Source of the DNA: Eledone cirrhosa
Taxonomy: Eukaryota
Direction: 5' to 3'
DNA: 64,000 bases
Assembly (NCBI GenBank): GCA_964016885.1
Contig: OZ024741.1
Location: 99,076,001 to 99,140,000, forward strand
Shown: positions 36,949-54,082 of the stretch, piece by piece
Numbering within the stretch: position 1 is the first letter of the stretch
Layout: each line of letters opens with the position of its first letter
Notes under the pieces: model-generated
The model's database searches: none
What the model was told of the DNA's origin: nothing
What the model saw: only the letters and a program-made list of their open reading frames with translations
Position numbers and translations under genes: made by a program

Positions 36949-37010
36949 AAGAGAGGGGTTTCGTTATTTGCCACAAGATAGATAGGTAGATAGATAGATA
37001 GATAGATAGA
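36720..37010 (+). repeat. Compound (GATA)n/(GA)n/(TA)n microsatellite
   Basis: Direct reading. Confidence 0.9.
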
Positions 37011-37089
37011 TAAGGGTCGTAATTTTCTAAGGACGTGACAAAATCTCCGAAATGTATAGAAGTAACTTCGTATGTTTTTAGGTTTTTAG

Positions 37090-40000
37090 ATAGATATATT
37101 TCTTTATAGCCACAAGGGTGCACAAGAAAAGGGGACAAAACAAGGACACATGCCGGGGATTTTACATACGATCGTGTAAAAATATGAAACAAACAAATAT
37201 AACAATCCAAATCCCCAATAGGGGGGTGCGCCACAAATGGGTTGTTTAATACCCCGTATACAACTTCAGGAGCGTGTTGTGCAAGTGCTCCTTTCTACCT
37301 TTTGCTCTCTTCTTCAACCTACAGGTTTATATACAGAGAAGGCCCAATCACTCGGACTATTTTTGCCACATTCACCCACCTTTCAGTAAATTTACTGGGG
37401 TGCAGTGCCTCTCTCTCCACTCTGATTCTCCTAAAGTGGTACCTAAAGAAGGGAATGAGTTGTTGTCCGGAGAGAAAGGCATCTGTCCTCTCAATCTCGT
37501 CCACCATATAACCTCTTTCCCCATAGCCACTATACAGAAGAAAACCGCCTCTCTTTCGTTTATTAAAGAAGTTGGTGGTTTGATCCTTACTATGGACTCG
37601 GCAGTCAACTGGATTTGTCTCATACGCGACAGTAGTTGTTCTGCGTAGTTCCACGGGTCGATTACACCCGGGCAGTGTACAATTGCGTTTCAATGTCCTG
37701 CCCGTATCTTGGACACGTCCTCTTGGAAGGATCGCTGCCTGTAGATCTTGTCACGAACTGGTAGAGTTCCTCTGTAGCACTGCCAGGCCAAGGACCTCTG
37801 GAAGTTGTCCATAGGTCCCGGGTGGAAAGTCCTACCAAACAGACTGGTGAGTTCGTCGTCTTCGACGCCCAGAGTCTCTCCGAGCACGTCGTTGGCCTTG
37901 TGACGTACTAACCCTCTATAGAATGTCGAAGTGGAGTCTCCACTGATTGCTGTGCCCACTTGACAGAGGACTGTGAGCGCCTGAGCGCATTAAATGTGCC
38001 AGAACTGCAGCTCCGTCAGCGAGACAAGTTGCTGGAAGGCCTGTCTCACAAACGGTACCCACACCGGTTGGGGGTCGGTGAGGAATACCTGTAGATGCCG
38101 TAGCGTCAGCGCATGTTTGCGCATCATCAGCCACGGCATTCCCAGCCCTCGGTTGAAAGGGTGCTGACAGCAGACGGATCTCCTCACTAGTGGAGCCTGC
38201 TTCTTCCAAAGGAACTGGAAGAGCATGCGTTCCATCTTGGTGAGGTGTTCACGGGGACAAAGCACGACGATCAAGCGGTAGTAGATGACGGACGTTATGA
38301 AAGTGTTCGCCACCTCCGCTCGACCTTTCAATGATAGTTTGCACTCTGCCCACTTCTGGGTGAGCGCAAATACCTTGGCCGTGACCTCGTTCCAGTTTTT
38401 CTCCACCTGGAAGTCCGGACCGAACCAGACCCCGAGCAATTTCACCGGTCCGTCCGTCCAGCGTCCGACGACGCTGGCAGACGGCATCGGTTTGCCTCTC
38501 CACGTTCCGAGTTGCAAACCGACAGACTTGTCTGGGTTCAGTTTTGTTCCTGTGAGCCTTTCCTATTCTTGCTATAAGTTGCATTACTGTCACGTCGTCG
38601 GCATAAGCCGACGCCGCTTTCCGCAGTCCTGGTTCCAACGGGATGCCCTGCAGCAGCACCAACTTTCGCAGTAGTGGCTCTAGAGTCAGTACGTAGAGAA
38701 TGGAGGAGAGAGTGCATCCCTGTCGGATGGAACGCGTGATTGCGAACGGTTCCGATAGGTAGCCATTCACCTTGACCATCGAGCAGATGCTGGTGTGCAT
38801 TGCAGCGATCCAGTCCCTGAAGACGTGTCCGAAACCGGCCGCCTTGAGAACCGCTTCTAAGTATTGATGGTCGACCCAATCGAATGCCTTAGACTGATCT
38901 AAATTGATCAGATCCCCACAGAATCCGGGTTTACACCACACCCTCTCTATGATGTATCGCATGAGGTGGAGGTTGTCGTGTATGAACCTGGTCGGGATTG
39001 CACACGTTTGCGCTTTCCCTACCAGGTCTTCGACGACAAGCGCCAACCTCGTTGCCAACACCTTGGCCAAAATCTTTAACTCTGTGTTGAGCAGAGTTAT
39101 GGGCCTAAAGTTGCTTAGTTCGTCCCCATTGTTCTCGTCTTTCCTGATCAGCATTACTACGCCCCTGCCTGCAGAACTGGGAATTCTCCCGTTCTGCTGC
39201 CAGTTGCAGTAGACGGCTTTGAGGACGCCAGAGAACAAGCCCGGCATGCCTATGTAAAACTCATAGGGTAGACCATCTAGACCGGGTGATTTGCGTTTCC
39301 CGCAGCGGCCCAGAGCCTCCCGTATCTCAGTGGCTGTGATCGGTCTTTCGCAGAACTCAGCGTCCATGCTCGAGAGACGCGGCAGGCCGTTGAGGTATGA
39401 ACCGAAGTCCATTGCCCATTCGACGCACCACCACTCTGCTCGAACAGTTGCGCAAAGTGCGGCTGAAAGGCGGCGCACATCCGCCTGGGGTCAAGTAGCA
39501 TGCGTCCGTTTTGGTCTTTCAAAGACTGAATCGTGGACTTGTTGCCACTTTTCGCCTCTAACACTCGGGCCCAGCTAACAGCTTTTGCTCCCTCGTTTCC
39601 TAGAGCACGTGATTTACTTCTGACCACGCAGCCTTCGTGTTTCGCGTCGAAGAACTGGTCCAGTGCCGTTCTCGTTGCTAGCACTCTAACTACGTTACCA
39701 CTCCTAAGCGCCTCCTCTACCTTGGCTACTAGTTCTGTTTCTGTTTAGTTTTTCTCTAAGGCTAATTCTCTGCCAAAGTCTATCGACTCTACTCTAATTG
39801 CTCTCTTGAGGGAGTACCACCATCTGATGTTGACGATGGCTCCCGTCAACTGTTTCTTAACTAATCTACTTATCCGTTCACTGTAGGCTTTACGTGTCGG
39901 TAGCGACACGTTCAGCTTCCAGTATCCGGGTCCTTGTTTATGTATTATATCACGGTTGACTATGCAGATGACTAGTTTGTGGTCTGAATAGGCAACCATG

Positions 40001-41150
40001 TGCATTTGTCGACAGCTCAACATCTTCTTGTCTCTCTCTTTCTCTCTCTAATAAAGAACCTGTCTAAATACGATCTAGATTTCCCGCTGCGGTTTGCCCA
40101 CGTCCACTGTGGTGCAATCGGGAGATCTAGTCGATATCTATTGGCCGATTAGATTTTTGAGGCTGTTGCACCCCCCACCCCCCTCTACTGGGACATGATC
40201 ATACATAGTCCCATCGTGGGTCTAGGATACCATTCCAGTCCCCCACTAAAAGCAAGGAGCGAGACGTTCCCAGAAATGACTCTAGACGTCTAAAGAAGTC
40301 TGGTCGTGATTGCCCACTCTGAAGGCTCCACTTCCAAGACTGTTCACGTCTAGGACTACCAGTCTACCCTCCGGGTCTAAGTGTACTTGATGTATTTCGA
40401 GGTCCAGGGTTTCCGAAACATGACAGCCACTCCCCCTCCACCTCCTGGCTGACAGAGAGATGCGTAGATCTCAAAGTCATTGAAGATGGGGGTTAGTTGT
40501 TGCCTGTTGTGGATCATGGACTCGGTGATGGCTATTACATCTATACCGTGTGACCTAAGGTCGTTTAAAAGTTGGCCCTGTTTCCAGGGCATCCCTAGGC
40601 CACGCACATTCACACTTCCAACTCGTAACTTAGTCATGTTGGTGAAGAAGAGTTGGCGAAAATATGCACTTACCTTTTCGTTTCCTGGAGATCGGGTTTT
40701 TCAATCTCCATTTGGGTGCTGGTGGGGGTGTTGAGTGGAGTGGGGAAACATTTTAATAGGACGCGGTTAATGGGCTTTTGACAGGGTTTGCCAACCTCCT
40801 GTGAAAATTGTTCTTTAAATTTCTGATAGGTTTCTATCGAAACCCTTATCAGTTTTAGGTGAGGTTGAGAGTCTGCCTTGACAAAAGTTTTCCCCTCAGT
40901 TTCTACTTAAGGGTCTTGGGAGATGACCTCCATTAGGTTTTTGTTGTTTGTGTTAATGTATGGTTGTTTGTTTGTTTGTTTTTGTTGTGTTGTTTTGGTT
41001 TGTTGTTCATTTTGTAGTTTTCTTTTTATGGTGGGCAATTGTGTTTGGGGTGGTGTTGATGTTTGTTTTGCTGGTAGGGGGGGTTCATTGTGATGGTGTT
41101 TGATTTGTAGTTTGTGTTGGTGGTTGTGTGTTCGTGTGATAGACAAACAT
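37090..41150 (-). mobile_element. Decayed L1/Tx1-clade LINE: end of ORF1, frameshifted ORF2 (APE endonuclease and RT) and 3' UTR
   Basis: APE start MTKLRVGSVNVRGL (40637), YSDHKLV and GPGYWKLN, RT motifs KSPGLDGLPYEFY, NFRPITLLNTELKILAKVLA, DQSKAFD, IRQG, AYADD; LSLKGRAEV; 3' end CCCTTGTGGCTATAAAGAAATA. Confidence 0.9.
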
Positions 41151-41344
41151 AAGGGTCGTAATTTTCTGATGAGGTGACAAACATCTCTGAAATATATAGA
41201 AGTAACCACCTATGTTTTTTTCTTTTTACCGGGGATTAGAGGAGTGTTTGGATCTGATTATTTTTACAGTGAATGATTCTAATTTCAAAAACTGAAGATA
41301 TATGTATATTTAGTTTACTTAATATTTTCTAATATATTGTGTGT

Positions 41345-42541
41345 TCTAACACACAACGCATACATACACATACATTTACAAACACACATTCAAACATACA
41401 AACATACACACATTCAAACATACACATACATACTCATATACATACACATACACACATACACACATAAGTACGTACGTCGACTCACATACATACATACACA
41501 CACATACATACACATATACATACATATATACTCACACATACACACGCATACATACACACATAAGTACGTACATAGACACACACAATATAGACACTACACA
41601 CCCCACCACACATACATACACATATACATACATACATATATACTCACACAAACACAAACATACGCATATCCACACATAAGAACATACATAGACTCACACA
41701 TACAGATACATACACATATACATACATATATAGTCACACAAACACAAACATACACATATCCACACACAAGTACGTACATAGACTCACACATACAGATACA
41801 TACACATACACATATATACATATATACTCACACAAACACAAACATACACATATCCACACATAAGTACGTACATAGACTCACACATACAGATACATACACA
41901 TACATACATATATACTCACAGAAACACAAACATACACATATCCACACATAAGTACGTACATAGACTCACACATACAGATACATACACATATACATACATA
42001 CATATATATTCACACAAACACAAACATACACATATCCACACATAAGTACGTACATAGACTCACACATACAGATACATACACATACACATACATACATATA
42101 TACTCACACAAACATACACATATCCACACATAAGTACATACATAGACTCACACATACAGATACATACACATATACATACATACATATATAATCACACAAA
42201 CACAAACATACACATATCCACACATAAGTACGTACATAGAGTCACACATACAGATACATACACATATACATACATATATGCCCACACAAACACAAACATT
42301 CACATATCCACACATAAGTACATACATAGACTCACACATACAGATACATACACATACATACATATATACTCACACAAACACAAACGTACACATATCCACA
42401 CATAAGTACATACATAGACTCACACATACAGATACATACACATACAAACATATATACTCACACAAACACAAACGTACACATATCCACACATAAGTACGTA
42501 CATAGACACACATATACAATACACACCCTACATATCCCACC

Positions 42542-42585
<44 letters not shown>
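41345..42585 (+). repeat. CA-rich minisatellite (~90-bp unit containing ATCCACACATAAGTACGTACATAGACTC) ending in (CA)n
   Basis: Direct reading. Confidence 0.85.
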
Positions 42586-42587
<2 letters not shown>

Positions 42588-42849
42588 CTTATATACCCTT
42601 ATTACATATATACAATGCATCCATTGATAAAATATGTATGTACACATGGCTTATAACAAGAATTCTGTGTGAGTTTATGGAAGTGTACACTGGAATCATC
42701 TGGAATCATCCGGTATCTTCTGGTATCTTCATTATATTCTGTACGTGTCAAATAGCTTCTGCAGCTGAAATCCGCCACTGTTTCCAGTAGGCCTGCAGCT
42801 TGATCTTCGTTTGCAACTCTTATCACAGTCGAAATCATCATAACCATTA

Positions 42850-43652
42850 TCATTGAAGAAAATGGTGATGATAATAAGGATAATCATGACTATCATCACC
42901 ATCAGCATCATCATCATCATCACCATCATCATCATCGCGGTCAACATCAACATCATCATCATCATCATCGTCGTCATAATCATCATCATCACCATCATCA
43001 TCAACGTCATCATCAACATCATCATCATCGTCACCATCGTCGTCATAATCATCATCATCATCATCATCGTCGTTGTCACCATCATCATCGTCGTCGTCAT
43101 AATCATCAACATCATCAACATCATCATCATTGTCGTCATAATCATCATCATCACCACCATCATCATCAACATCATAAACATCATCACCATCATTATCATC
43201 ATCACCACCATCACCATCATCATCATCATCACCATCATCACCATCACCATCATCATCATTATCATCATCATCACCATCATCATCACCATCATCACCATCA
43301 TCACCATCATCACCATCATCATCATTATCATCATCATCATCGTCATCATCGTCGTCGTCGTTGTCGTCTTCATCGGTGTTATTATCATCATTGTAATCTC
43401 CATCAAATCTCTCTTATCATCAACCGTTATCACCAATCGCCAACATCAGAATACATGTCGACGTTGTCTTCATCTTCCTCTTCCTCATCCTCCCCATCAT
43501 CATCATCATCATCAGCAGCAGCAACAGCATCCTCATCATCATCTTCGTCACCACCATCGTCATTTTCATTACCGTTATCATTACAATAACGTCTATCATC
43601 ATAATAATAATAATAAAAAACATGCTTCTACTTATTCTCTGCAATAGTAGTT

Positions 43653-43716
<64 letters not shown>
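42850..43716 (+). repeat. Degenerate (CAT)n then (CAA)n microsatellites
   Basis: Direct reading. Confidence 0.9.
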
Positions 43717-44384
43717 CTATTATTTCTAGTAAATGCAGAAATGGTGAGAGGGGATTCCAGTACTTTATTTTTTCGAGCCTAAATTACCAAAGTCAAAGTT
43801 GAGCCATTGTGAAACATGTATTAAAAGATTTCACTACGTCCACAAAACCTTTTGTCCGACCCTCTACCGATTACTGTCAATCCAACCTTTATAATTATAA
43901 TAGTTATTACAATTATCTAGCTTCAGCTAATAGTTAATAAGTTCGCATCAAAAGTATAAGCTAGAAACATTGTTCCTACCGTACGGGGTCTTAAGCAAGT
44001 ATCTTTAAACGTAGTCCTGGATCAATCCAAGCTGTTATGGATGAAACGGAGTAGATGGAAACTTGTGTGGAAGCCTGTCCTATAGATTCTACTTGTTATT
44101 CAAAGGTTCAGCCTTATCACATATTGTGTCACACACATTCGATGTTAGTATTACGTTAAGAATACAAATATATATTGAATACTCAGCCACTTACACGTTA
44201 ATTATTGAGTTGCTAGTTCAGTTGATCGAACAACGAAATGTTCACAGTCGAAACTGGCGGGTCAATATCAATACTAACGTTCTTATCATCACCATCGTCA
44301 ACATCATCAGCGCAATTACAATTATCATAACCGTTGTCGTCGACGTCATCATCATAACCATCATCATCCTCATCATCATTACCA

Positions 44385-44586
44385 CAGAGCGCCGAACACC
44401 ATGCTTTGCGGCATAGTGTTACTGCCCTTTCCGTTCTGAGTTCAAATCCCGTCGAAGTTAGCTTTGCCTTTCATCCTTACGGGGTCGATAAAATAAAGTG
44501 CCCCTCATGCACTGAGGTCGATTTATTCGACTTTCCTCTCCCTAGAATTGTTAACCTTGTGTCTAAGTCAGAAACCATTATTATTA
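44385..44586 (+). mobile_element. SINE copy (long form)
   Basis: GAGTTCAAATCCCGTCGAAGTTAGCTTTGCCTTTCATCCTTACGGGGTCGATAAAATAAAG and (ATT)n tail. Confidence 0.8.
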
Positions 44587-44589
44587 TCC

Positions 44590-45368
44590 AATCTCTTCGG
44601 AAGAACTTTCGGGCCGGGACCTATGGGCAATTTCCAGAAATCCCTGGCCTGGCAGTGCTACCGAGGAGCTTTGCCAGTTCGGGATTAACTCTACAGGCAT
44701 GGAAGTGCCGTCAGCCGGGCATGTCCGAGATGCGCGCAGGGCGACGAAACCGTCCAGCTCGCACGCGTCCAGTGTCCCAACGTTGCTGACTTGTGGGTTT
44801 ATGTCGAACACCTGCTCCTGCGTGTAGAACGAATCCGACTATCAGCTGAGTCCATCGTGAGGATTACCCCGCCCTCTTCCTTTAGCCGGGAAGGGCAGGT
44901 AGTTTTTATCTGTCTGGTGGCCATGGCGAAAGAGATAGTATGGTGGACGCGTCCGAAAAGGCTGAAGACGAGCACTGACCTCTTCGGTGATGCCCTGATT
45001 AACTTTTTCAAATTTCATTTGAAAAAGAAAATCAGGGTAGAGAGAGAAGTGCTCTCTTCCCAGCATTTTGTTGAAAGATGGATGAGAGAGGCAAGAATGG
45101 CCCGAGTTAATGGGCCTACTATGAGTATGTGCCTGTAAACTGAAGGTGGAAAACTGGGAGAGGGCACTTGCCCTGGTGGTCAGGGTCACCGTGGCTTTTT
45201 TTAATGGGATTTCTCCTCGGAAGTCATTGTTATTTTTTTGTTACATCCTCTGTTTTTGTTTTTTTACACGCAGAGATGCCCATTTGTACCGTCCTGTATT
45301 GTCCTGTATTGTCCTTAATGTCTACTTTATGTAAACCCTTGTGGTTAATAAAGAAAGCATTATTATTA
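44590..45368 (+). mobile_element. 5'-truncated Tx1-type LINE 3' fragment
   Basis: SAESIVRITPPSSF..EGQVVFICLVAMAKEIVWWTR is homologous to the 37372-37623 frame; 3' end CCCTTGTGGTTAATAAAGAAA. Confidence 0.8.
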
Positions 45369-45377
45369 TTACCCTTG

Positions 45378-45495
45378 CCATTCTGAGTTCAAATCCCGCC
45401 GAGGTTAACTTTGCCTTTCATCCTTACGGGGTCAATAAAATAAAGTACCAGTAATACACTGGGTAATTGCTGGCCTTGTGCCAAAAGTAGAAACA

Positions 45496-45526
<31 letters not shown>

Positions 45527-45835
45527 TCTCTGCCATTATATTTCCTGATAGTTCAAATCCCGCCGAGATTAGCTTTGCGTTTCATCCTTACGGGGTCGAT
45601 AAAATAAAGTACCAGTAATGCACTGGGGAAGATTTAATCAACTTTCCCCTCCCTAAAAAATGTTACCTTGTGCCTAAATCAGAAACAATTATTAGATTTC
45701 CTGCTCTTTACGTTCTGTTTTCAAATTCCGCCGAGGTCAACTTTACCTTTCATCCTTCCGGCATCAATCAAGTAAAAAAACTGGGTTCGATATAATGGGC
45801 TTTCCCCAGGCCCCTAATTACTGGCTAAATTACTA
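45378..45835 (+). mobile_element. Three tandem 5'-truncated SINE copies
   Basis: Repeated TTCAAAT(C/T)CCGCCGAG...TTTCATCCTT motif. Confidence 0.8.
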
Positions 45836-46767
45836 GTATCTAATGTAGAAATCATTATAGCTAATAAAGAAGCCAATATTAAACCTTCACATTGTTGTAA
45901 TCTGTCCTTGTAATGTCCCTTTATTCGTTGCCCTTGTGACAGGAAGGTTAACATTATTAACACCACCACTACCACAACTTCCGTCCTCCTCATCAGCATC
46001 GTCATCGTCGTCATAGTCGTTACCATCATCCTTATCATCGTTATCATAAATGTTATTATTTCCGTCAACCCGTAGCGTTTTAAGTTGAAGTGATCATGAA
46101 TATTTCCGGTTCGTCTTTGGCTGTCGGCGATATAATATACGATAAGGTGGGAGGTGAAAAAGTGAGAATCTGTGTAGTGTTGTGTTGTAGTAGGAGGAAT
46201 ATGGCAGGGGTTTGTGAGGTGTTGGGGGTGTAAGGGCAGCAGAAACAAACACACACACAAAAATAAATATAAAGGTTTAATTTATTGCTGTTATTGCTGT
46301 TAGAGAAAGTTATTTCTCCAACTCAAGATATTTCGCGCGCCTTTTCGACAAAAACAACAAAAAAACAAAAGAAATAAAATATATATTTATTATATTTCTC
46401 TACGAGGAAGAAGGGAAGACGGAAAAGACAGCAAGACTCACAGACAGAAACACCGATTGAAAACTGTTTGTTTGTTTGTTTGTTTTATTGCTGTTGCTGT
46501 TTTGTTTTGTTTTATATTTTTCTAGAATAGTGGGAATAGGTGGTGCTGAATTTTAGCAGAAAATGATAATTGTGGATTTAATAAGGAGGAGGATGGATAC
46601 AGAAGGAAAAAAGGAAAGAAATTGAAATATGAAATGCTGTAATGATGAAATTCTAGAACCGTCTAGAGGAAATAGAAATCGCTGCAACCATTATATCATC
46701 ATTCAAACTTGCTCATTACTTATCGCTAATATGCAACGTCATTTCATAATGGTAATCATCACATCGG

Positions 46768-46827
<60 letters not shown>

Positions 46828-46925
46828 GGTGGTGGTAGAAGTATCTTTCAGTGAAGAGCTACTAGAATGCCACAATCTTCAATGTTGACGGGGTCGACGC
46901 CAATAATTATAATGATGATGATGAG

Positions 46926-46973
<48 letters not shown>

Positions 46974-47149
46974 AACGTTCACGTCGAGGAGGAGGAGGAT
47001 TTCTTAATTCGGCTTGAGAGAAACTCATCAGACAAGAGAACAGTAAAACACATCATCAGAATATTACAATAACATAGCATACAAATAAACACATAATATT
47101 GAAATATGGAAGCTGTTACAGTAAGGCAGAGATGTAGAATCTGCTGCAC

Positions 47150-47620
47150 TAAGGTACCAGCGTCAACACTCCGTCATCAGAAGAAGGGAAGTATGTAGAA
47201 AAGTCAAACTCGCTATTTTCTTTTCAATATTCTTACTTGCCCTTACCTATGGTTGTGGATCTCGAGTAATCACTGAAAGAATGCGATCGCGAATACATGC
47301 TGACGAAATGGTGCTTCTGTGTAGAGTCCCTGGAGGAACGGTACTCGATAGAGTGCGTAGCTTGGCGATCATAGAATTGCTTCAGGTAGAGCCGCTACAT
47401 CTCTGCTCTGGTGCTAAGGACATGGATTTAGAATAATAAAAAAAAAAGAATCGACAGGATGTATAGAGGTAGACCACGAGCAAGATGGTTAAATAACAAA
47501 TAGCATCTATGGATTGGTTGGTCTTGGTTGGGGATTCTGCCGGATCATTTGGGGACGATTACTTCTGATAGGATCCTCTGGTCCGTGTGATTGAGGACTC
47601 TGCCTCCATCTCAGAAATAA
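47150..47620 (+). mobile_element. Decayed RTE-type LINE 3' fragment ending at (GAA)n
   Basis: Translates KVKLAIFFSIFLLALTYGCGS.VITERMRSRIHADEMVLL, typical of the RTE post-RT region. Confidence 0.6.
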
Positions 47621-47628
47621 GTGAACGG

Positions 47629-47757
47629 AGAAGAAGAAGAAGAAGAAGAAGAAGAAGAAGAAGAAGAAGAAGAAGAAGAAGAAGAAGAAGAAGAAGAAGA
47701 AGAAGAAGAAGAAGAAGAAGAAGAAGAAGAAGAAGAAGAAGAAGAAGAAGAAGAAGA
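47629..47757 (+). repeat. (GAA)n microsatellite
   Basis: Direct reading. Confidence 0.95.
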
Positions 47758-49330
47758 TATGATGATGAAAAAAATATTAGAAAGGAATACTATAGACTTG
47801 TCATGGGCACATTTTTTCGAGAATTGAGCCGCATGTGGTATGGCTCATCATCAGGCGGGCCGGAAGCGCTAATTTACATTCGTGCCCACATTAAAGAAAA
47901 AGGGTGGTAGCTCAGGTTGTTTTGATTTATTTCTCCAAAATTCGTACACGTTGTTTTCCTCGATCGTAAATATGATAGAAAGATAAATTATGACTGAAAA
48001 GTTGGGGTAAAAAAATCAGAAAGAATTCACTTAGGTGTCTTAGGCGAGCCATTCAGAAAGCTTCGCGGACCGCAGGTTGCCCATGACTGCTATAGACGGA
48101 TGATATTACTACTTAAGACAGAACTAAATGCGAAGAATAAGGTAATAGGCATTAATATTCTTGTGAATCCAGTAATAAGATGCAGCTTATGAACTGGTCA
48201 CTGAAAGAATTATCAAGACTAGATAGTAGAAAGAAGAAAAATAATGACTGCATTTAGAATATATCACAAACAAAAATCAGATGTAAAAACATTACACCTA
48301 CCACGAACAGAGAGAAAAAGAGGCTCTATGCAACTAGAAATCTATTATAAAATAACCATTGTAGGTCTACAAAAATATCTAATGCAGAGTTAAAACAAAT
48401 AGCCATGAAATATGATCAAAACAAAAAACAGTTTTCTGTCTTCAGGGAAGCCAACAAATTCAAAACAGAAGTTGAATTCACAGATAATTATGAGGTAAAG
48501 AAAAACAACAACAGAAAGCAGATCCCCAGAATGCCGTGTTAAAACCACGACGAGAAAAAAAACCCATACGACTAATACCTGAAAAGGCTGAATCGGGAGG
48601 AAGGAAACAAGCAAACCTCACAAAACTGGTTAAACTCGACTAAAAGTCGGGTCTGAAGGATTTCTAATTACAACACAAAATCAAAACCTCCACATGAAAA
48701 CCTCCCATAATAAAGCAGAACACAGAAACTACAGAATTTCTGAATGTGAGGAAGAAACAATTGACCACATTGTCTCTGGCTACCCAGTCTGAGCCAAAAA
48801 GGAATACATCAACAGACATGATAGAGTTAGGATTTACATACACTGGAAGTTATGCCAACACTACGAAATACCAATAGATAAATATGATATAAACATACCC
48901 CAGAAAAGACGCCATTACACACAGACAAAGAGATCAAAGCCAAAAGACCACAAAGAATAAAAAAGAATGACTTTTAATTGATGTATTTATCCACACCGGC
49001 AAAAATATATCTATTAGAGAAATGAAAAAGTTATCAAATATAAAAATATGTAGATAGGAATAACCCGAATGTAGATGAAAACAGAAACAATGACTATAAT
49101 AATAGGGGCTCTGAAAGTGATAGAAAAAGGAGCACAGACACATAGCCAACATCCTGAAGATATCACTGAAAATAACATTACTGTGCACTGCACACATATT
49201 ACGGAAAATACTTTCAATAAAATAGAAACAACGACAACAAAACAGCACTGCACATAACCAAGGTGTGCAGAGTTGTGCTCCGTAATCCAGTGACGACACG
49301 CAATAAGGAAAAGACTAATATTAAATAATA
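47758..49330 (+). mobile_element. Decayed R4/Dong-like non-LTR retrotransposon 3' portion
   Basis: Fragments IRKEYYR|RMILLLKTELNAKNKVIGIN, KSDVKTLHLPRTE, EETIDHIVSG..KKEYINRHDRV..IHWKLCQHY, TMTIIIGAL. Confidence 0.75.
47798..48089. mobile_element. hAT-type MITE nested in the R4-like element
   Basis: 8-bp TSD CTATAGAC (47790-47797, 48090-48097); imperfect TIRs TTGTCATGGGCAC / GTTGCCCATGACTG. Confidence 0.85.
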
Positions 49331-49331
49331 A

Positions 49332-49785
49332 TTGAATTGACAGTATCGGTAGAGCGTTGGACAACATGCTTTGCTGCATATAGTTACGTCCCTTTACGTT
49401 ATGAGTTCAAATCCCGCCGAGGTTAGGTTTGCCTTTCATCTTTACGGGCTCGATAAAATAAAGAACCAATAAAACACTGGGGTCGAATCGACTTGCCTTT
49501 CCTTAAAAAAACTGTTGACCTTGTGTCTAAATCAGAAACCATTATTAATGTCGTTGCTGTTATTAGGGTGGTGGATTGGCAGAATCGGTAGAGTATCGTG
49601 AAACATGCTTTGCGGCATATAGTTACGGCCCTTTACGGTCTGAGTTCAAAACCTGCCGAGGTTAGCTTTGCCTTTCATCTTAACGAGGTTGATAAAATAA
49701 AGTAGCAGTAACGCACTGGGGTTGATTTAATCCACTTTCCTTCCCTTCAAAAATCTGTTGGCCTTGTGACTAAATCATAAAACAT
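49332..49785 (+). mobile_element. Two tandem SINE copies (long form)
   Basis: Head, B box and central domain twice. Confidence 0.85.
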
Positions 49786-49805
49786 TAGAAATGTTGTTGT
49801 TGTTG

Positions 49806-49853
<48 letters not shown>

Positions 49854-50139
49854 TTCGAACTAAACTTTATCCTCGGGGTACGCTCGGTAAAGAGTCCTTC
49901 AACTCTGGCTTATCCACATATACTGTAAACTAGTCAGAGTATTGTGGCTGGGTTTGACGAACGCGTATTTAGACAGTTCCGAGTGTATTCGCTGTTTTCT
50001 GTTACGTTTTCATTTTGTTGTTGTTTTTAATTTCTGATACACCTGATATGCCTTTGATCATACAGCTGTTCAAATCCGGTTTGACCTGGGGTTAAACAAC
50101 ACCGACAACTTACGAACTACAAACTAAATCCCACCTCAA

Positions 50140-53510
<3,371 letters not shown>

Positions 53511-53845
53511 TGTGAGGGAAGGTAGCGTATTTGGTAGAGATGACCTTGATAGAGTGACGATGGGGATATACGCCAATGGTGATGATGGTAGTTGTGGCTG
53601 TGATGATGGAAATGATGCTAGAGGTGGTGGAGGTGGTGGTGTGGCGGGACATTTACCACTGGAATTGTTGAGTGGTTCTCCTCATGTAACCAGTTTTATT
53701 TCTGCTGCAGATACTAACAGGAACATAATGGCTATAGAATTAAAGCGAAAATTAAATTATACATACATATATATATATATACATATACAGTAATACAGTA
53801 TGTGATGGTGCATATATATAAATACACACACACACACACACACAC

Positions 53846-53879
<34 letters not shown>

Positions 53880-53960
53880 GCATACATACATATATGTATA
53901 TATGTATGTGTGTGTGTGCTCGTAAATACATTATCATTATTAGCCCATACACACACATAC

Positions 53961-54007
<47 letters not shown>

Positions 54008-54034
54008 ATATATATATATGTGTGTATGTGCGTG

Positions 54035-54082
<48 letters not shown>

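Noticed and set aside
37319-40637. Active LINE ORF2
   Set aside because: Split into many frames by frameshifts and deletions, and ORF1 is largely missing
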